Assembly (NCBI GenBank): GCA_035291465.1 | Contig: DATDRZ010000132.1 | Location: 457 to 64,456 of the forward strand | Reading direction: 5' to 3' | DNA: 64,000 nt | Source of the DNA: Anaerolineales bacterium | GTDB lineage: Bacteria; Chloroflexota; Anaerolineae; Anaerolineales; UBA11579 | Shown: positions 17,687 to 26,707 of the stretch, piece after piece | How positions within the stretch are numbered: the stretch's first letter is position 1 | How the letters are laid out: every line of letters begins with the position of its first letter | Program-made: the position numbers and the translations under genes | Notes under the pieces: generated by a model | Told to the model about the DNA's origin: nothing | Database searches by the model: none | What the model saw: only the letters and a program-made list of their open reading frames with translations

Positions 17687-18214
17687 TTTTGCCATACGCC
17701 AGCCGGGCTCGTGGACCTGGCGCTCGATTCCTAGATGATCTTCGTAAGACCAGTCTCCGGAGACCGGTGAAACACGTCGATACCCCTTGCGTTCGTAAAA
17801 GCGGATGGCGGCTGTGTTTTCGGCGGCGACATGGAGATAAGTCCAGCGAAAACCTCTCATGTGGAGATCGAGTTCGACATGGGTGAGCAGCCAGGAACCC
17901 AGGCCGCGGCGGCGAAATTCAGGACGTACGCGGAACGAATGAATGAAAGCTCGCTGGCTGCCATCGGCCACCGCAGAGTCCGCGTCGCTCCTCAGTAGAA
18001 CGAACAGTTGGGCAATCAGGATGCCTGGACCGTACTCCACGATCCAGAGTAATGCGTTTCCGAGTCGGGCGCGTTGGAAGGCCCGCGCGTAAACACGACG
18101 AAAATGCAAGTAAGCGCCTTCCCATTCGAGGAGTGACAGGTCCGACTGGGTGGCCTGACGAATCGAATTCTCGGTAAGCCAGTAAGGAGATAAGGTTACG
18201 TCAGCGGTACTCAT
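17660..18214 (-). CDS. GNAT family N-acetyltransferase
   Basis: The acetyl-CoA motif is present: FRVRPEFRRRGLGSWLL...AIRFYERKGY. I chose the start at MSTADV, which overlaps the cca stop by 14 nt. Confidence 0.85.
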   Translation of the reverse strand: MSTADVTLSPYWLTENSIRQATQSDLSLLEWEGAYLHFRRVYARAFQRARLGNALLWIVEYGPGILIAQLFVLLRSDADSAVADGSQRAFIHSFRVRPEFRRRGLGSWLLTHVELDLHMRGFRWTYLHVAAENTAAIRFYERKGYRRVSPVSGDWSYEDHLGIERQVHEPGWRMAKDIRMNAEG

Positions 18215-19541
18215 TGAGTAATTTCTCCAGCAACAGCTTTTCCTGCTTGATAGTGCGAACATCGCCGTCCAGCCAAGCGTCCCGCAGTTGACTCAGAACG
18301 AGCTTGTAGTGCGGCCCTGGTGGCAAGCCCAACTTTCGCAAAGCGTTGCCATCGGTGCGGGGGTGAACGTGGCGCCACTTGCTGGCGTACAGTTTCAGAC
18401 GCCTAGCAAGGGCCGAGTCTCGCTTTGCAAGATATAACGCATAAACTGAAATAATTGGTTTGCTTTCCAAAAGCTCGACGAGCTTGCTAACTGATAGCCT
18501 GGGTATCTTTGCCTTCATTTGATGTAGTTCGGCTGCGGCCAAAACGGCCTCGCGCAAATCGGCACGGAAAGCCAGACGAGTGGCGATGGCTTGAACATCC
18601 CCTTTTGAGAATTCCATTAACCACAAAACAAATCCAAGGTCGGATTGCCGAAAGTTGCCAAGGTTCCAGAAAGGAGGAACGACCTTGTCCGCATGGGGAG
18701 TGAGCGCGCGCGAGGACTCCCTGGAAATTCGTAAACTGGGATGAATAGTACGAAGTACACCCAACTTCTGCATGGATCGCAAAATGCGCACCTTTTCCTT
18801 TGCAAGCAAAACCAGTTCCAGTTCATTACGAATGCGTTCACCGGAAACTTGTTTCAAAACCGGGAGGTGGGCAGCCAACTGGCTGCGCGTTTCGTTTTCA
18901 ATTCTGAAACCCAGCCGGTCAGCAAGGCGCAGAATGCGCAGAATGCGCGTCGGGTCATCGGAAAATGACAGCCGATGCAATGTACGCAACAAGCCGGAGC
19001 GTAAATCCTGCAGCCCACCCCAAGGATCCAGCAGACGGCCGGCATCGGCACCATCCAAGCGGACCGCCATAGTGTTAATGGTGAAATCGCGACGGTATTG
19101 GTCTTCGCGGATACTAGCAAACTGAACGCTAGGCAAAGCAGCGGGATAGCGATAGCTTTCGCGGCGTGCCGTGATCAGGTCGAAAAATTCGGGCAGGCGA
19201 GCATTCTTCTTTCTGGAAACGCTTAATTCGCGCAAGAATCGGGCTTGGTTTTCGGGCAACCACCAGACGGCTGTGCCGAAAGTCTTATGGGCAACCAGTC
19301 GCCCGCCAAGTTGTTTCGTGAGGGTACGGCCCAATTGAATGGCGTCCCCTTCTAAGACCAAATCCAAATCCAAGTTGGGGCGACCGAGTAGGAGGTCGCG
19401 AACGCAACCGCCAACGAGGTAAATCGGCGCGCCTTGTTGCGCGGCTTTTTTGACTATGGCGTCAAGAAGCGCCAAGGTCGCGGCAGGCAATTTCCTTTTA
19501 AGCATATCGCTCAGATTCGCTGGTGCAATCGACCTGGTCAT
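18201..19541 (-). CDS. cca: CCA-adding enzyme / class II tRNA nucleotidyltransferase family
   Basis: IYLVGGCVRDLLLGRPNLDLDLVLEGDA...RRDFTINTMA...DPTRILRILR matches the family. Confidence 0.9.
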   Translation of the reverse strand: MTRSIAPANLSDMLKRKLPAATLALLDAIVKKAAQQGAPIYLVGGCVRDLLLGRPNLDLDLVLEGDAIQLGRTLTKQLGGRLVAHKTFGTAVWWLPENQARFLRELSVSRKKNARLPEFFDLITARRESYRYPAALPSVQFASIREDQYRRDFTINTMAVRLDGADAGRLLDPWGGLQDLRSGLLRTLHRLSFSDDPTRILRILRLADRLGFRIENETRSQLAAHLPVLKQVSGERIRNELELVLLAKEKVRILRSMQKLGVLRTIHPSLRISRESSRALTPHADKVVPPFWNLGNFRQSDLGFVLWLMEFSKGDVQAIATRLAFRADLREAVLAAAELHQMKAKIPRLSVSKLVELLESKPIISVYALYLAKRDSALARRLKLYASKWRHVHPRTDGNALRKLGLPPGPHYKLVLSQLRDAWLDGDVRTIKQEKLLLEKLLNEYR

Positions 19542-19593
19542 AGGTCAATCATAGTCCTATCGAAGCGGACCGATTGGAGTTGAACCCCGGGAA

Positions 19594-20586
19594 TCAGTTT
19601 GCTACTGTAGTGGTGGTAGGTATGGGTGTCAGCGTATCAAGGGGAGTGTTGGTCAGCAGGTTTAGAGACGGGATCTGATTAATCCATAAATACCAGGCAA
19701 ATAAACCAAGGAACACTAAGAGGCCGAACAGAAATACTGAGGCGATTGCCCGCCGCCAGTTGATGGACTCGGCCCGCAGCGGCGGCGCAGCCGGCGGGAT
19801 GCCGATCACCACAGCGGTCAGGTTCGCGTGAGCACCTTTCTCCAGGGCGAACTGCACCAGGTCCGGGGAGGCGGTTTCCAGTTTGCGGTCGCCTAGAATT
19901 TCGAGCAGCTCACCTGGTTTCAATGTTTCGCCCAGGCCGTCGGTGCTCAAGAGCAGGCGATCATTGGGCAAAAGGTGAAGGCCTTGATGCTTTTTCGAAC
20001 CACCTGTTCCGCTAGGGTTTAAGGTAAGACGGAGGTCCACTTCGATGGGCGCTTTGGAGCCAAGATAGCCACGCGGCGGATCAGCACTGATCTTTTTGCG
20101 CCCGCGCTTGGGTTGCTCCGCTGCACCTGTTTCGCGGGGAAGGTGGGTGACATTGAGCTGCTGCAGATGACGGCCGCGCAACAGAAATAAGCGCGAGTTA
20201 CCTACAGAGGCAGTGTAAAGCCTGCCATCGACAAGCCAGGCGCACAGGCAGGTACTTCCCATGCCTTTCCATTCGCGCCGCGATTCGGCGCGTTGTAAGA
20301 CTGCCTGGCCGGCCTGAATGATGGCCGCCTGCAAAATGCCGGTCGGTTGGCTGGCATCACTTTGCGCAACGGCGCGCGTGACCGTTGCGACAGTCAATTC
20401 GGCAGCCACCTGGCCGGCGCGGTGCGCGCCGATGCCATCGGCCACGATGGCGAACAGGGAGGGGAACTCTTTCTCTTCGTCCAGGAAAAACGATTCAACG
20501 CGATAACGGTCTTCGTTGACCTCCTCGCCTTTGCCAGGATGCGAAGCCACCGAAATGGGGAACGCAGGTTCGTCAGTGGGGATCAT
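19594..20586 (-). CDS. PP2C-type Ser/Thr protein phosphatase with a C-terminal membrane anchor
   Basis: GKGEEVNEDRY...FAIVADGIGAHRAGQVAAE...LLLSTDGL matches PP2C. A TM helix AIASVFLFGLLVFLGLFAWYL lies near the C-terminus. Confidence 0.9.
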   Translation of the reverse strand: MIPTDEPAFPISVASHPGKGEEVNEDRYRVESFFLDEEKEFPSLFAIVADGIGAHRAGQVAAELTVATVTRAVAQSDASQPTGILQAAIIQAGQAVLQRAESRREWKGMGSTCLCAWLVDGRLYTASVGNSRLFLLRGRHLQQLNVTHLPRETGAAEQPKRGRKKISADPPRGYLGSKAPIEVDLRLTLNPSGTGGSKKHQGLHLLPNDRLLLSTDGLGETLKPGELLEILGDRKLETASPDLVQFALEKGAHANLTAVVIGIPPAAPPLRAESINWRRAIASVFLFGLLVFLGLFAWYLWINQIPSLNLLTNTPLDTLTPIPTTTTVAN

Positions 20587-22427
20587 TCAGATTCAGATGA
20601 GTCGCCTGTGGAATTCAAAAAGAAACGAAAGGCAACTCGACCGATATGCAGCAAGTCTCCATCTCGAAGAGTGCTGCCCTCTGTGGAAACAGGTGCGTAA
20701 TTCACCCAAGTGCCGGCGTCGGTGCCAAGATCCACGACCTGATACGCGCCACCGGCGCGTATCAGCCGAGCGTGCAGCGGGGAAACTGATTCTTCGTCCA
20801 GAGTCAATGCGCAATCCTTGGCGGTCCCAATTAATATTTGATCCGTCTCGATCGGCAGGACCTGAGGGCCTGCACCTACGTCCTGAACAGTAAGGCGTTG
20901 CAGGTAGGCGGGAGCGGTTTGCAATGATCTTGTATTGATTGCAATTTCCTCGATGCCATCGGAAGGTAACGGAGAATCAAAAAGAGGATCGATAACCCGC
21001 GGTGTGGGTTGAGGACGTCTGAATAAATTCGCGCCAATTCGAGCCGGCTTAAGGCGGCCTGAGAGCACCATGACCAGAAAGAGCGCCGCAGCGGCGAGCA
21101 GCACACCAATGACGGCCAATACCGGGCCGCCGCGGGACAGGAAAGCCTGAAATGCGGATGGAGGATTGTTCACCACCAGCTGGACCGAAATCTCGATGCT
21201 AGAGCCTACCAACCCGAGCTCATCCTCGGCCTCCAAGCGCAAGAAAGCTTGCTGGCTGACATCGTATCCACTGAGATCCCATGCAAAGCGGCTAAATGGT
21301 GCCGATGTATTCTCTGCGACACGTTCATCATTCACATACAGCGTAGTACGCACCAGCGTCCGTTCAAAGTTATCGGGGAATTCAACAACGATCTCTATGG
21401 GTTGGCTAAAAGGCGTCAATTGCTGCGGATTCTGAGTTGATGGGCTGCGTTCAATTTGTAGCGGAGGAGTGACAAAGATGGGATTAGGCGGCTGAAGGTT
21501 GAGCTCAAAGCTGATAGTCTGCGAGGTGACCACAGTCCCGTCAGTTTCCATTTGCAGTTGAACTTCGTGGGCACCGGCGGTGTGCAATTGCGATGCGTAC
21601 TGGAAGAAGTAAGCGCTGCGAAAGGGATTGAAATAGGTCTCAGGTCCGGGAAATTCTTCGCTGCTGGAAAACCCGAACCACTGCCCTCCACTACTTTGCG
21701 CGAACGTTTGCAGGGATTTGCCTACTTCGGTTCCAAATGTGCTGCTCGAATCGACCTGCCAGATAAAAAGCGGAATGCCGCGCTGGGCCAACAGCGTTTG
21801 CCACTCAGGAAAATTGGCTAAGGCTTCGACCGGCGGCGTGGCCGTGAGCCACCAAATGACGGTCCCCATTCCAGCCTCAGGGCCAGCCTGGGCAGCCAGG
21901 TCGAAGGCGCGAACCAACGCCTGGGTATCCACTTCCTGCTCGGGAAAATCCGGCTGGATTTGTTCCACAGCGGAGATCCACGGGGCGGCTGACTGATCGG
22001 CGAGGATCACTCCCTCAGGCGTGACAAGGCTGAGCGAGGTGGCGTTAGTCGAGGGCAACGAGGAGGCCCAATCAAGGATGTGTTGCTTGGCATGGTCAAA
22101 GCGAGCCATGCCATCACCATCGCGGATGTTGAAGGACTCGGCGGGATTGATGACTAGGATAATGCGCAAACCCGGCTGTACTATGCGCAACTGATCAATT
22201 GCCTGCGGCTGACCGTCTTCAAGCGCTTGCATCCAGGAAGGTTGCAGGTCGGTGATAGGTGCGCCCGTGGAATCGCGCGCGTCCAAGTAACCAGCGATGA
22301 AAGGAAAAGCTTCGGTTTCGAGGTGGCGCAGAGTTAAAGTCGCCCCACTTTGGGCAGCCGCCTGGCCAGGCAACACGGACACGAGCGCGGCCAGGATCAA
22401 AATAATGAGCGTTCGTTTCAACGGCAT
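20583..22427 (-). CDS. Membrane-spanning FHA-domain protein (signal peptide, large extracytoplasmic region, one TM, C-terminal FHA)
   Basis: The C-terminal FHA domain reads ILIGTAKDCALTLDEESVSPLHARL...VVDLGTDAGTWVNY...LRDGDLLHIGRVAFRF. The TM helix is GGPVLAVIGVLLAAAALFLVMVL. A 4-nt overlap links it to the PP2C gene. Confidence 0.85.
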   Translation of the reverse strand: MPLKRTLIILILAALVSVLPGQAAAQSGATLTLRHLETEAFPFIAGYLDARDSTGAPITDLQPSWMQALEDGQPQAIDQLRIVQPGLRIILVINPAESFNIRDGDGMARFDHAKQHILDWASSLPSTNATSLSLVTPEGVILADQSAAPWISAVEQIQPDFPEQEVDTQALVRAFDLAAQAGPEAGMGTVIWWLTATPPVEALANFPEWQTLLAQRGIPLFIWQVDSSSTFGTEVGKSLQTFAQSSGGQWFGFSSSEEFPGPETYFNPFRSAYFFQYASQLHTAGAHEVQLQMETDGTVVTSQTISFELNLQPPNPIFVTPPLQIERSPSTQNPQQLTPFSQPIEIVVEFPDNFERTLVRTTLYVNDERVAENTSAPFSRFAWDLSGYDVSQQAFLRLEAEDELGLVGSSIEISVQLVVNNPPSAFQAFLSRGGPVLAVIGVLLAAAALFLVMVLSGRLKPARIGANLFRRPQPTPRVIDPLFDSPLPSDGIEEIAINTRSLQTAPAYLQRLTVQDVGAGPQVLPIETDQILIGTAKDCALTLDEESVSPLHARLIRAGGAYQVVDLGTDAGTWVNYAPVSTEGSTLRDGDLLHIGRVAFRFFLNSTGDSSESE

Positions 22428-22495
22428 GATTTTAGCACGGGGAAAATAGGGTTGCGCGACCTAAAGCATCGCGCCTCTCAGAATGGTAAGATGCC

Positions 22496-24499
22496 GTGCA
22501 GATTTCACAAATGTCTCTGACCGAAAAAATATCGGCGCTGCCTAAGGCGTACCGCCAGCTTGGGCCAGAAACTATTTGGCTCTACGCCAAATATCAGCTC
22601 AAGCTGCGCAGCGGATGGCTGCGATTACAAACGTCAGGAGGCAAGAAAGAGGCAGGTGGCTTGGAACTGCAGGTCATCGTCAGACCTGCCAATAAACGAG
22701 ATTTCGAACAATTATTAGGCGAACGGCTCAAGGAAATTACCAAGCAGGCAGATGAAATTTTGCGCAGGCAAGTGTGGCTGTTCGGTGCTGAGCCGCGTGC
22801 GTTGGAATTACAACCGCCAGCACCGCCGGAGCATTGGACGCGTACCCACAGCCACTTGCCCGACGGACGCGATATCAAACCCGTCTGGGAAGCCGGACGA
22901 TTTTCTTGGGCAACGGTCCTGGCACGCGCCTATTGGGTGAGCGGAGAAGATCAATACGCGGAAGGGTTTTGGAATTACTTCGAAGAATTTTGCACGGCCA
23001 ACCCGCCCAACAAAGGCCCACACTGGTCATCAGCGCAGGAAGTTGCTCTGCGACTGATCGCCTGGGCATTCTGCTACGGCCTGATCGCCGATTCGCCATC
23101 GAGCAGCCAAACGCGTAAAGTTGCTCTGAGCCAAGCCGTTGTTGCGCATGCGGAAAGAATTCCGCCGACAATCGATTACGCACGCGCCCAGAGCAACAAT
23201 CATTTGTTGAGCGAAGCCCTTGGCTTAGTTACTGCTGCAGCCTTGGTCCCAGATTTTACAAAGGCAACAAAATGGAAAACGATGGGCTGGGCTTTATTCC
23301 ATGAGGGAATAGAAAAGCAGATCCATGATGACGGCTCTTATGCCCAACACAGCAGCAATTACCACCGGGTACTGCTGCAATTAGGCTTGTGGGCAAAAGT
23401 GTTATCGAACAGCACAAGAGAGCGGCTGCCCGAACCCATAAGCAGGAAACTGGCGAAAGCAAAAGAATGGTTGCTCACCCTTTTGGATGAGAGCGGCCGA
23501 GTTCCGAATCTGGGACCAAACGACGGCGCTTACATCCTACCGCTGTGTACCTTGCCTTTTGAGGATTACCGGCCTACCTTGCGGGCCGTCAGCGTTGCTT
23601 TCAGCAGGGTAACTGCACCTGAGGAAGGCGTTTGGGGTGAGATGGCGCTCTGGTTGGGTCTCAAACCTCCCTCCCCACCACCCGTCCTCCCGCAGAGCGT
23701 GAAAACGGAGCAAAGCGAAACGGGTGCAGATAAATCAAACGCCCAATCAAACAAACAAAAAATTCCCTTACGGATTGAAGGTAAAAACACTTGGGCTTAC
23801 CTCCGTGCAACTGAGTTCAAGGAACGACCCGGCCACGCCGACCAGTTGCATCTCGATATTTGGTGGCGCGGATTAAATATCGCGGGAGATGCCGGCAGCT
23901 ATCTCTACACCGCGCCAGAGCCCTGGGATAATGCAATGGCCAGCGCACGGGTTCACAACACAATCACTGTCGACGAGCGAGAACCGATGACGCGTATCGG
24001 GCGTTTCTTATGGCTGGATTGGGACCAAGCAAAGGTGGTTTCCACTGTTCGCGAAAAAGATGGGCGCTTGATTGCGGTCGAGGCGGAGCATGATGGCTAT
24101 CGGAGACAGAACGTAATCCATCGTCGCGAAGTGAAATGGGATGCGGGAAGATGGGTGATTACCGATCGGCTGCTGCCAATCGACGAAAAGAAGAAGCCGG
24201 TTCAGGCGCGGTTACATTGGCTATTGCCCGATTGGGATTGGCAAGTGGACAGGCAAGAGATCCGCATTGAGTCGCCGTACGGCATGATCGAGATCGCTGT
24301 GGATGTAAGCATTGGCGACTTGACCGAGCTCAGGCTGATTCGCGCCGGCGAATTGGTGCATGGCTCGGGAACCAGTGACCCCATTTTAGGCTGGGCATCG
24401 CCGACTTATGGCATCAAGGTGCCCGCGTTGTCGTTTATCGCCGGGGTGGTTGGCCCGCTTCCGATTACCATCATTAGCACTTGGATGCTCCCCAAATAA
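22496..24499 (+). CDS. Heparinase II/III-like (alginate-lyase-fold) protein
   Basis: It contains ...AQSNNHLLSEALGL... and ...HADQLHLDIWWRGLNIAGDAGSYLYT..., typical of the heparinase II/III family found in polysaccharide loci. The start is uncertain: GTG at 22496 or ATG at 22511. Confidence 0.8.
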   Translation: MQISQMSLTEKISALPKAYRQLGPETIWLYAKYQLKLRSGWLRLQTSGGKKEAGGLELQVIVRPANKRDFEQLLGERLKEITKQADEILRRQVWLFGAEPRALELQPPAPPEHWTRTHSHLPDGRDIKPVWEAGRFSWATVLARAYWVSGEDQYAEGFWNYFEEFCTANPPNKGPHWSSAQEVALRLIAWAFCYGLIADSPSSSQTRKVALSQAVVAHAERIPPTIDYARAQSNNHLLSEALGLVTAAALVPDFTKATKWKTMGWALFHEGIEKQIHDDGSYAQHSSNYHRVLLQLGLWAKVLSNSTRERLPEPISRKLAKAKEWLLTLLDESGRVPNLGPNDGAYILPLCTLPFEDYRPTLRAVSVAFSRVTAPEEGVWGEMALWLGLKPPSPPPVLPQSVKTEQSETGADKSNAQSNKQKIPLRIEGKNTWAYLRATEFKERPGHADQLHLDIWWRGLNIAGDAGSYLYTAPEPWDNAMASARVHNTITVDEREPMTRIGRFLWLDWDQAKVVSTVREKDGRLIAVEAEHDGYRRQNVIHRREVKWDAGRWVITDRLLPIDEKKKPVQARLHWLLPDWDWQVDRQEIRIESPYGMIEIAVDVSIGDLTELRLIRAGELVHGSGTSDPILGWASPTYGIKVPALSFIAGVVGPLPITIISTWMLPK

Positions 24500-25719
24500 T
24501 GGCTGGCAGAAAAGGTGAATTACATATCTTGCTGATTCATCAAGCTTTCGTTACCTTGGACGAGGCGGGTGGCACGCGGCATTATGAACTCGCTCGATAC
24601 CTTTGCGAAAAAGGACACCAAGTTACGGTCATCGCCAGCCCCGTCAGCTATTTGACAGGCCAGGCAGACAAAGAATCCCTAACACAAGTAGAGAAATTGA
24701 CCATCCACAGAGCGGCTACTTTTCAAGGATTACATCGCAGCTTCGCCCAGCGATTATTCAGCTTCTTCAGTTTCACTCTCAGTTCTTTCTTTGTCGGCCT
24801 GCGGATTAAAAATATTGACTTAGTCTGGGGAACCTCGCCGCCGCTGTTCCAGGCCTTTACCGCGTGGGCGCTGGCGCGCCTCAAGCGGGTGCCTTTCTTA
24901 TTCGAGGTGCGCGATCTGTGGCCCGCATTTGCGGTGGCGGTCGGTGTGCTGCGCAGCCAACCGCTGATCGCGGGGTCTGAATGGCTGGAGCGATTCCTTT
25001 ACCGCCGCGCCGATAAACTTGTGTTGAATTCGCCGGGATTCGAGGAGCATGTAAAGGCACGGGGCGGACGCGACATTAGGATCGTTCCCAACGGATCGGA
25101 TGCCTCGATGTTCGACCCGGAAGCTGACGGCGCCGCCTTCCGCAGTCGATTTGCTCTTGAAGATAAATTCGTTGTCTTATATGCGGGAGCTCATGGTTTG
25201 TCGAACGACCTTGGCGTTGTACTCCAGGCTGCAGAACAATTACGGGACCAAAGAAAAATCAGCATCGCCCTTCTGGGTGATGGAAAAGATAAACCACTGC
25301 TACAGGAACAAGCGGCAAAATTGAACCTGGATAATATTCGTTTTCTCCCGCCAATGCCCAAAACTCACGTGGCCGAGGCGCTGGCGGCGGCTGATGCATG
25401 CCTCGCCATTTTGAAGCCAACGAAGTGGTTAGCAACGGTCTATCCCAATAAAGTCTTTGATTACATGGCTGCTGGGCGGCCCATATTATTGGCGATCGAT
25501 GGAGTCATTCGCAAGGTCGTAGAGGAGGCAGGTGCCGGAGTCTTTGTCCCACCGGGAGATTCGAACGCGCTGGCGACCGCCATACGCGAAATGGCAAGCA
25601 ATCCCATTGAGATTAAACGCATGGGTAAGGCAGGGCGTGCTTTCATGGAGCAGCATTTCAACCGGCCAGCGTTGTCAAAGGAGATGGAAGAAGTGTTGCT
25701 GGAAACGGCAAAGCTATAA
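24499..25719 (+). CDS. Glycosyltransferase family 4 (WcaI-like)
   Basis: The N-terminal part reads GGTRHYELARYLCEKGHQVTVIA, and the C-terminal GT-B motif reads NKVFDYMAAGRPILLA. The start overlaps the upstream stop (TAATG). Confidence 0.9.
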   Translation: MAGRKGELHILLIHQAFVTLDEAGGTRHYELARYLCEKGHQVTVIASPVSYLTGQADKESLTQVEKLTIHRAATFQGLHRSFAQRLFSFFSFTLSSFFVGLRIKNIDLVWGTSPPLFQAFTAWALARLKRVPFLFEVRDLWPAFAVAVGVLRSQPLIAGSEWLERFLYRRADKLVLNSPGFEEHVKARGGRDIRIVPNGSDASMFDPEADGAAFRSRFALEDKFVVLYAGAHGLSNDLGVVLQAAEQLRDQRKISIALLGDGKDKPLLQEQAAKLNLDNIRFLPPMPKTHVAEALAAADACLAILKPTKWLATVYPNKVFDYMAAGRPILLAIDGVIRKVVEEAGAGVFVPPGDSNALATAIREMASNPIEIKRMGKAGRAFMEQHFNRPALSKEMEEVLLETAKL

Positions 25720-25727
25720 TTCTTTCG

Positions 25728-26642
25728 ATGGCGAAAAGCAAAACCCCCGAACTCAGTGAGAGCGAACTGCGCCGATTGTTGCTAGATAGGCGGAAAGCAG
25801 ATCGCGCCCGGCGCCTGAAAGCCTTCAAGCAATCCGGCAAGCTGATCGGCGTCGACGCCCACCAAGCCGAGAGCACCCAAGGCGATCCGCTACGGGGGCA
25901 CAAGGTGCACGAAGCGCCCAACCTCAAACTCAAACCTCCGACAAAATCCACGGCGCGCCGCCGGGTCGAGCGCGCATTGTTAGCCGTCGAATTATTGGCC
26001 GCAGGCGGGTTGATGTACATTTTCTTCAATGGATTAAGCGTATTGGAATCGCTGAACCGCGAGATGGCCGCGGCCTTTGCGCTTACTTCCGGGGCAAGCG
26101 CCACACCTTTGATCGGGCCCGTTGTTTTGCCATCCGGACACACGCCACCTACCGCGGGTCAGCCAGCGCAGCCGAACGAAGCTGAAATCCCGGAGCACCT
26201 ACGTCCACAAGTACAGGCCTATATCGCGGGATTGGTGGTCCCCACACCAGGGCCGGAGCAAGCCCTTGGCATTCGCATCGACGCCATCGAGGTCAACGCG
26301 CCGATCGTGCAGGGTGACGGCTGGGAAGAACTGAAGCGCGGCGTGGGACAGCATCTCGCTTCCGCAAATCCCGGGCAGCCTGGTAATCTGGTTCTGACAG
26401 GGCATAACGATATTTATGGAGAAGTGTTCAAGGATTTGGATCAGCTCGAAGCGGGGGATGAGATCACCATCTACTCTGCCAACAACAGTTATAAGTATGT
26501 GGTGACGGAAACGCAGATCGTCGCCCCTACGAAAGTGGACGTAATGAATCCAACTCCAAACGCCACCTTGACGCTAATCAGCTGCTATCCCTATCGGATT
26601 GATACGCAGAGGATTGTGATATTTGCGGAGTTGGGGGGTTAG
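25728..26642 (+). CDS. Sortase family transpeptidase (class E-like) with an N-terminal basic region and TM anchor
   Basis: The motifs LVLTGHNDIYG (His), TLTLISCYP (TLxTC Cys) and QRIVIF (Arg) are present. Confidence 0.88.
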   Translation: MAKSKTPELSESELRRLLLDRRKADRARRLKAFKQSGKLIGVDAHQAESTQGDPLRGHKVHEAPNLKLKPPTKSTARRRVERALLAVELLAAGGLMYIFFNGLSVLESLNREMAAAFALTSGASATPLIGPVVLPSGHTPPTAGQPAQPNEAEIPEHLRPQVQAYIAGLVVPTPGPEQALGIRIDAIEVNAPIVQGDGWEELKRGVGQHLASANPGQPGNLVLTGHNDIYGEVFKDLDQLEAGDEITIYSANNSYKYVVTETQIVAPTKVDVMNPTPNATLTLISCYPYRIDTQRIVIFAELGG

Positions 26643-26707
26643 TCAGCGTAAACCGCAACTGGCAATTCATCATCTTTTGATAATCGTGTAACTGGCCGAG
26701 AAAAGCT

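Noticed and set aside
17660-18214. GNAT as a TacT/AtaT-like tRNA-acetylating toxin, suggested by its overlap with the cca gene
   Set aside because: There is no small RHH/DUF1778-type antitoxin partner. The motif pattern is that of a generic GNAT. The overlap with cca is compatible with ordinary operon packing. The idea is too speculative to list as a finding.
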